DNA of 56,202 bases, counting the filler, from Sphacelaria rigidula (taxonomy: Eukaryota): assembly GCA_964200075.2 (NCBI GenBank). It is 4 parts of 4 records of this genome, joined end to end, with 100 filler letters (N's around TTAATTAATTAA, not from the genome) between each part and the next. Parts side by side here need not be neighbours in the genome. Positions count along the whole stretch, not along the records: positions 42,230 to 56,202 come from CAXNAA020002539.1; 3 more parts are not named here. One strand, 5' to 3'. Position 1 is the first letter of the stretch, and each line of letters starts with the position of its first letter. Positions 49,687-56,202 of the stretch are shown here, in pieces. The notes beneath the pieces were generated by a model. It was not told the origin of the DNA. It saw only the letters and a list, made by a program, of their open reading frames with translations, and ran no database searches. The translations under genes and the position numbers were made by a program.

Positions 49687-52600
49687 CTATCTGCACAAGC
49701 TCGCCTCCAACGTGGTCAACTCGATCGCCAGAGCTCGCCGGAACAATGCCTCCACTTCCCCCGCCCGCTCCACTCGAGTAAAACATCTGGCCAACTCGTG
49801 CAGCGTATAAGCTACCTGCACATCCTCCGTCCCCACCAACCTCGCCTGCTTGATCGCCAGTGCTCGCCAGAACAACGCCTCCGCCTCCTCCGCCCGCTCC
49901 AGTTGAGTCAAGCATCGGGCCATGTCGTGTGGCGTATTAGCTACCTCCACATGCTCCGTTCCCAACCTGGCCTCCTTGATCGCCAGTGCCCGCCGAAACA
50001 ACGCCTTCGCCTCTGCCGCCCGGTCCAGTCGAGTCAAACATCTGGCCATTTCGTGCAGCGTATAAGCTACCTGCACATCTTCCGTCCCCAACCTCGCCTC
50101 CTTGATCGCCAGAGCTCGCCGGAACAACGCCTCTGCCTCCCCGGCCCGCTCGAGTTGAGTCAGGCACCTGGCCATGTCGTGTAGCGCATAGGCTACCTCC
50201 ACATGCTCCGCCCCCAACTTCGCTTCCTTGATCGCCAGCACCCGCCGGAACAACGCCTCCGCCTCCCCTGCCCGCTCGAGTTGAGTCAAACATCTGGCCA
50301 ACTCGTGCAGCGTATAAGCTATCTCCTCATGCTCCGTCCCCAACCTCGCCTCCCCGATCGCCAGAGCTCGCCTGAACAACGCTTCCGCCTCCCTCGCCCG
50401 GTCTAGTCGAGTTAAACACCCGCCCAACTCGTGCAGCGTATAAGCTATCTCCACATGCTCCGTCCCCAACCTCGCCTGCTTGATCGCCAGAGCTCGCCGG
50501 AACAACGCCTCCGCCTCCCCCGTCCGCTGCAGTTGAGATAAAGATCCTGCCAAGTCGTGCAGCGTAAAAGCTACCTGCACATCCTCCGTCCCTAATATCG
50601 CCACCTTGATCGCCAGAGCTCGCCGAAACAGCGCCTCGGCGTCCCCCACCCGGTCCCGTTTAGTCAAACATCTGGCCACCCCGTGCAGTGTATAAGCTAC
50701 CGATATATCCTCCATCCCCAACCTCGCCTCCTTGATCGCCAGAGCTCGCCGAAACAACGCTTCCGCCTCCCCCGTCCGCTCCAGTTGTGTCAAACATCTG
50801 GCCAACTCGTGCAGCGTATAAGCTACCTGCACATCTTTTGTCCCCAATTTCGCCTCCTTGATCGCCAGAGCTCGCCGGAACAATGCCTCCGCCTCCCCCG
50901 CCCGCTCTAGTCGGATCAAACATCTAGCCAAGTCGTGTAGCGTATAGATTACCCTCACATGCTCCGTCCCCAACCTCGCCTCCTTGATCGCCAGGGATCG
51001 CCGGAACAATGGCTCCGCCTCCCCGACCCGGTCCAGTCGAGTCAAACACCAGGCCAATTCATCCAAAATCAATGTCACATATACCGCACTGATCCCTAGC
51101 CTAGACTCTGTGCTTTGCAGCGACTGACGAAACAAACCTTCTGCTTCTTGCAATCGTCCAGATTCTGATAAACATTGGGCAAGCCCAACTCGCGCGTCCG
51201 CAATCTTTGCGGAGTCAGCATCGAGGTTCGCTTCCTCGGCTGTCTTTAGCGCCCGCCTAAACCACAACTCAGCTTCACCCACTCGCTCCAACGTACGGTA
51301 ACACAAACCAAGCATGTGAAGGAACTGGACAGACTCGCAAGTAGCAGCGTCCATCCCACCAGATTTTAACCGTTCCTTCGCGACGTCCATCAAAGGCTCC
51401 ATCAAACCTCGAAGACGTCGACTCTCTACTTCATCTCGGCATCTCACCGATACCTCACAGTGCCAGAGTGCAGTGAGAGAAGCATGCGGATTCGCCTCCG
51501 GGTTGCCCTCGCATCGTTCCCATAACTTCCGCATCACGGCCTCAGCACCATGAAAATCACGGTTAATGTTATACAGCTCTGCCACAGCCGCCGCCGAAGA
51601 GAAGTACAATGGATCCGAGGAGTCTAGCGCAGACAGCGTAGAATCGTATGGGCGCAACGTGTGCAACTCTTCCCCCCCCACGAGCTCAACCGCCTGCCAC
51701 AGACCCAGAAGGCCGTATGCGTCCACTGAGCGCACCACCTCTAAAGTGGATAAATACGCCTGCCATCTCTCCACAGTTTCTCGGCGTATATCCTCACGAA
51801 TATTCACAAGAGTCCTCCTAGCGAATTCCGAACGAGCGTCGTGCATGCGAAACAGACCAGGCCCTAGCGCGGTGATGATCGCCCAACGCTCCAGAGCTGC
51901 CACCACCTGCCCAGTTCGCTCCAGATCGTGCTCTGAGTGCTCGTGACCGAACAACAACACACAAGCCTCGTACACCTCAAAGGCGTGACCGCCTGGCATT
52001 ACTGCCAAGGCAAGGTAGAGCCACCGGCTCTGCGAATCCTCGGCCCCGAGGCACTCGAAGCCGGCTCGGAGAATCGCGACACGTTTGCTCGCACTGGGAT
52101 CTTTATCTGCGCTTACATCATCATCATTACCGAAGTGTTCTTCCTGAACCTTGTCCAAATAACGCCGGATGACGGTCATCGCCTTGGACCATGAGCCTCC
52201 ATCGCTCCTCTTGTTCACCACTGTCCACCTTGCCACGGACTCCACGTACATGGGCATGTAGTCGCACAGCTCAAACAACTCGTTTACAGGTTCTGGCAAA
52301 CGAGCGCCCTCGGGAAGCTCGGCGGCACTAGCCACCAGCGCCTCTGCTTCCTCCCGCCTCAGCCGCTCCACCATAATCGCCTTGCCACCAGCGTCATCTA
52401 CCAGAACCGGATCTCGGGTCGTGAGCAGCACCCGCATGCCGGTCTTTCGCAGCTCCTGCACGACTTCCGGCTCCCACACGTCGTCCGCCACAAGTAGGCA
52501 CTGCAGACCTTGGAAATTCAAACCTGTATGCATAGCCTCTTGGACATACGCTGTGCCGTTCTTCGGATCGGTCGGTGACTGCCCGGGAGGATACCCCCTG

Positions 52601-53061
52601 CTGTGCAGCACGTTCTCATATACCATCAGCGCCAGGCTCTGCATTAAACTTGGCAGACGCTCGGCCGCATCTCTACCCACGCGGAGCCACACCACGCCAT
52701 CTGAGAACAGGGCCCGCACTCGACTCAGCCGCCCGAGAGCTTGCTGATGTGTCTCCCCGTCCAGGGGTCGGACCACACCCATTCCGTGTCTAACCACCAT
52801 GGCCGCAGCGGTGGTCTTGCCTGACCCACTACGGCCCACTAGCCCCACCATCCACGGACTGCCCTCGGCCACAAAGTGATTGTATATATCGTCCACCACC
52901 GCGTTGCGCACGACATGCCAGCCCTTGGCTTTTGGAGTACCCGCTGGCACTGCAGAAAGCTTCGGTGACGCAAGAGAAGTACACGCAAGGAGAGTCTTCA
53001 GGTCCTCCCGAGTTTCTCGTGTGTCTCTTGCAATTCGATGTTGATCCTGAACAACACGGTT
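49687..53061 (-). CDS. NLR-like STAND NTPase: NB-ARC plus 13 TPR (42-aa) repeats; large terminal exon, N-terminal exon(s) not identified
   Basis: Walker A GRSGSGKT (~52813-52836), Walker B LLVADDVW, sensor-1 LLTTR, GxP-equivalent CDYMP, and MHD (FRMHD, ~51840), then tandem 42-aa TPRs. An acceptor TTGTTTTGGTCTGTCCAG precedes 53061. Confidence 0.92.
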   Translation of the reverse strand, partial: NRVVQDQHRIARDTRETREDLKTLLACTSLASPKLSAVPAGTPKAKGWHVVRNAVVDDIYNHFVAEGSPWMVGLVGRSGSGKTTAAAMVVRHGMGVVRPLDGETHQQALGRLSRVRALFSDGVVWLRVGRDAAERLPSLMQSLALMVYENVLHSRGYPPGQSPTDPKNGTAYVQEAMHTGLNFQGLQCLLVADDVWEPEVVQELRKTGMRVLLTTRDPVLVDDAGGKAIMVERLRREEAEALVASAAELPEGARLPEPVNELFELCDYMPMYVESVARWTVVNKRSDGGSWSKAMTVIRRYLDKVQEEHFGNDDDVSADKDPSASKRVAILRAGFECLGAEDSQSRWLYLALAVMPGGHAFEVYEACVLLFGHEHSEHDLERTGQVVAALERWAIITALGPGLFRMHDARSEFARRTLVNIREDIRRETVERWQAYLSTLEVVRSVDAYGLLGLWQAVELVGGEELHTLRPYDSTLSALDSSDPLYFSSAAAVAELYNINRDFHGAEAVMRKLWERCEGNPEANPHASLTALWHCEVSVRCRDEVESRRLRGLMEPLMDVAKERLKSGGMDAATCESVQFLHMLGLCYRTLERVGEAELWFRRALKTAEEANLDADSAKIADARVGLAQCLSESGRLQEAEGLFRQSLQSTESRLGISAVYVTLILDELAWCLTRLDRVGEAEPLFRRSLAIKEARLGTEHVRVIYTLHDLARCLIRLERAGEAEALFRRALAIKEAKLGTKDVQVAYTLHELARCLTQLERTGEAEALFRRALAIKEARLGMEDISVAYTLHGVARCLTKRDRVGDAEALFRRALAIKVAILGTEDVQVAFTLHDLAGSLSQLQRTGEAEALFRRALAIKQARLGTEHVEIAYTLHELGGCLTRLDRAREAEALFRRALAIGEARLGTEHEEIAYTLHELARCLTQLERAGEAEALFRRVLAIKEAKLGAEHVEVAYALHDMARCLTQLERAGEAEALFRRALAIKEARLGTEDVQVAYTLHEMARCLTRLDRAAEAKALFRRALAIKEARLGTEHVEVANTPHDMARCLTQLERAEEAEALFWRALAIKQARLVGTEDVQVAYTLHELARCFTRVERAGEVEALFRRALAIELTTLEASLCR

Positions 53062-54280
53062 CTGGACAGACCAAAACAAGTGATGCGGATATCGTGGAGG
53101 AAGTATTACAAGCGAGAAGGGTCAACTGTACGAATTGAACTTCATCTTTCGGAAACATCGATGTCGTGCTTCGGAGGGCTACCATCGTTTATTTAGGCGG
53201 CTTATCAGATGGCTCTAGAGGCAGAAAGTCATACCTGATAGCATTTGCTCTTTTAGTCTTGAAATGCTACATAAGTCGGGTTGAACCTGAAATTTTGGGC
53301 GAAACAAGTGCCGTACAAAATCTGCACAACCGTCGTGCACAGCACCAGTCAACCAAAATACATCCACAGTCTGACCTTCCTACGACAACGGGAAGAGAAA
53401 AGGGGGTTTGTAACGGCTACTACAAGTGGTAAATAGACACAAACCTGGAGTATTGTGTCTCTCACCAATAGCAGTGCGGACTAGACTAGTGTAGCAAAAG
53501 GCTTGTGAGATGTGAAAAAAATGGCAGATGGAATAACTCTCCCTGTGGAGCGTGCTGTGTGCTCGCCATTCACACAAATATATTGCATTGTCATACCGTA
53601 ACCTCCCCATGCTGAAAGGATTTGTATATGGCTGGCGCGCATACCGAGGGGTGGACAGAGGTTGCTTTCTATCGGTCGCTGGCCAGTTGAAAATTGACAA
53701 TTTGAAGTGAGTGCTGGAGTAATAAACCCGTGATGTGCCTTGCGTCCTTCTTATGCGCAAGTGGTGAGGCGTGATGCTTGCCCCATTTCCAATGCTCGCA
53801 TCGTACTGTGTTCGTGTTCCCCTGCCGCAAGGATTCCAGTTTGAGTGCCCCTCGCGTGAGTTAAGCAGAATTTGCTCCCTGGATATTGTTGGTGGTCACC
53901 TTGCAAGCTCGATATGCTCGCAATGAAAACGGCATGATTAATTTTCCCCAAAGGGTGAAGCGGTATCTCCTCAGTCGAGTGCGTCGTTCCTCGCGGGGAG
54001 TGCTTCGGTGCCACAATATCGATTGCCGTGCTTCTTGCTTTGAGAATCAGCCCAAATATCGCCTAGGGTTCTGATACAACACTGGATGAAATATAAATGG
54101 ATTGTGGACACCTACGTTCATAGTCTGTTGTGCATGTGAAAACGATCATAATCAACAAATGGAGTATATTCACATGACCCACGGATGAACTGTAATGGCT
54201 CTCAGACTTGTAGGGACACGCTCACAGTCGGGCTGTGTGAAGAAACATCTTGAGCTACCGCGCTTTCAATCATGGCACAG

Positions 54281-54360
54281 CGCCTCGCCCGGGTGGTTTG
54301 ACTGTCACACCTTGAAACCGGGTAGGGTACAGATGAGGATTCGAATCCCAGCAGAGGTTG
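54281..54360 (+). mobile_element. Diverged tRNA-like SINE head
   Basis: CGCCTCGCCCGGGTGGTTTGACTG...GGATTCGAATCCC: B-box-like, and similar to the family A head. Confidence 0.35.
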
Positions 54361-55774
54361 TTCTTATTCCCAGCACCATGTGACTAGCTTTGCTGAAAGC
54401 GAGACGTCTTGAGCCGATGCGGTGTGGGAGTGCCGATCCAAACCGCGGTACCAAGATGTGAGGTATGTAACAAAAATGGAGTGATCTCCTGAAACCACAG
54501 GCTCGTCACGAGGAAGGATAAGGATGGGAAGTAGACGAGGTGGACGTATATCAAGTATCCCCAACTAACGCATTCGACCTGCATGACGTTTGTTAATCGC
54601 AGGTGCGCCGGCTTTGTTATCATTATGTTTCAGTGCATGGGCAATACCTGAACAAAGTATGGCGACGTACATACATAAAGTGATACCAAGGCACAGTTAG
54701 AATATTCAACTGAGGCTCCTGACTTTTCTTTTTTTCCACGGCGGCTGAAGATGTGTGCTCGGTGCACATGTACAACGGGCAGAGCCACTTGTCATGACGG
54801 GCAGAATAGCTTTTGCATACATGACCCGTCGGGGGGAAAGTGGTGTTTTATTCCGCTCAGACAACACGTGTGCAAGAGGCAGCCAACGTCGCCAATTATG
54901 CCGGTGAACACTGACAACACAAGTTGGTGAAGCCGTGTCTCCTCGTTTTTGTGGCAGGTTGTTGAGGGTTGTCTGGCGGATGGGGCGAGGGTGAGGAGGT
55001 TCGGAAATATTTCCGGAAATAAGAGGCTAGGGTTAGTCCTTGTATTGGGTAACTCTTTGACCGCGAGGGTAGCTTTGTTATGGATCGCGGCATACATGGA
55101 GGAAGGGCAGTACAATGATGGGTCCATCTAATCTGATGGAAAAGTCCCGGAGGGCTGACTGCGGGAACTGGCAATGTGCCGCAGTCAACGGGGAGGATGT
55201 TTGAGCCCGTACGCAGACGGTTACATAAACATGCCTCTTTACATCCGGCTTGAACTCGGTTCTTTCAGAATCGGTGAAAGCCGGCCCCCTGGTTTTTACT
55301 CCTATGGAAGGGAACGAAGTGACCTGAGACATGAGATTCAAAGCCACCAGTGCAAAAGAGAAATACCATCGCCTGAAGCTGTGAACAAGACACCCTAGCA
55401 TTCAGAATGAGCTGTTCCTCGTTAAACTGATCATTCCTTGTGCTGGAAAACTGTTTTGCCCTGCGATAAATGGTGGGCGAGTACGTATAAATCACTGCAT
55501 AGTGTATTGCACATGGATGAAGATGCCGCATGTTTGGTTGAAGTAGGAAATTTCACTTCATGCCCCGTCTTGTAAATATCCGTCATCACAGTGCTTGAGC
55601 AGCGATCATGGTAACCATAACAATTGAGACAGTAGTAAAAACGAACTAGTGCACGGACTAGCCAGACAGGCTACTACAATATTTTGTCCGTATCAGCTTA
55701 TCTAGTCATGCAGTGATTTCACAACAAAACTTGATACTGATTCAACAGATTGATCTATGCTCGCGGTCAACGGC

Positions 55775-55880
55775 TTAACCCTTACACCGCGAGAGTAGTT
55801 CATCTGGATCATTCACACGTTTTTCAAGTGAAATTGATGCCGGTTCAACAGATGACCTACTATCGTCGTCAAAGGGTTAA
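55775..55880 (+). mobile_element. piggyBac-type MITE flanked by TTAA (decayed tandem copy just upstream, ~55680-55778)
   Basis: TTAA-CCCTT...AAGGG-TTAA, 98 bp between the TTAAs. TTAA target sites with CCC...GGG ends are the piggyBac signature. Confidence 0.7.
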
Positions 55881-56202
55881 CGATGACTGAGTAGAGGAAC
55901 TTTCGATTTCGGGTATGTGTGATTGTGGTGCATGCTCCCAGGTGATCATACTCTCATGGTTAAAACGGTACGGGGAGTTATCAATAATGACTATCCCCCG
56001 ATAAGAGCGTACGTGTTCTGCTTCACTTGACAGATGCACATTAACTCATCCCCGAGGGATTTAGTCATGGTCAGAAGGTAAGACGTACCCAAGGTGAACG
56101 ACACGGGAACACTCGCTGAAAAAAAACCCGAAAAAAACGAAAAAAAAAAAAAAAGTGAGCTGAAAAGCTTCAAAAGAAGGAAGAAAAAAGAGACACAACA
56201 AC

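Noticed and set aside
29454-53061. HECT + ankyrin + NB-ARC-TPR as an immune/ubiquitin gene cluster
   Set aside because: The NB-ARC-TPR gene is on a different contig across an artificial linker. HECT and ankyrin are merely convergent neighbours ~7 kb apart.
47960-53138. Plus-strand and alternate-frame Pro/Gly-rich ORFs over the TPR and NB-ARC region
   Set aside because: Shadow ORFs of a GC-rich repetitive coding sequence.

Overview
Eukaryotic, repeat-rich genomic DNA, most likely from a brown alga (inferred from the NB-ARC-TPR gene architecture, tRNA-derived SINEs, spliceosomal introns and TTAGGG-type repeats). The window is not one locus. It is four ~14 kb contigs (1-13978, 14079-28055, 28156-42129, 42230-56202; 13978/13977/13974/13973 bp, i.e. 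size-sorted) joined by artificial 100-bp N spacers containing TTAATTAATTAA. Well-supported genes: (i) the last three exons of a HECT E3 ubiquitin ligase (+, 29454-30789); (ii) the last five exons of an ankyrin-repeat protein (-, 37772-41145); (iii) a 3.4-kb exon of an NLR-like NB-ARC-TPR protein (-, 49687-53061). The most striking structure is the 126-bp TPR array of that gene. It has 13 in-frame repeats, then runs past the stop codon for ~2.3 kb as ~18 frameshifted repeats. These include a ~1.25-kb (10-repeat) higher-order duplication that copies the gene's own C-terminus and stop, so they may be a silent repeat reservoir for receptor diversification. The rest comprises an unidentified low-complexity ORF with possible decayed exons in contig 1, SINEs, TTAA-flanked MITEs, long fold-back palindromes, a TIR element carrying telomere-type repeats, 42-bp minisatellites and probable transposase relics.
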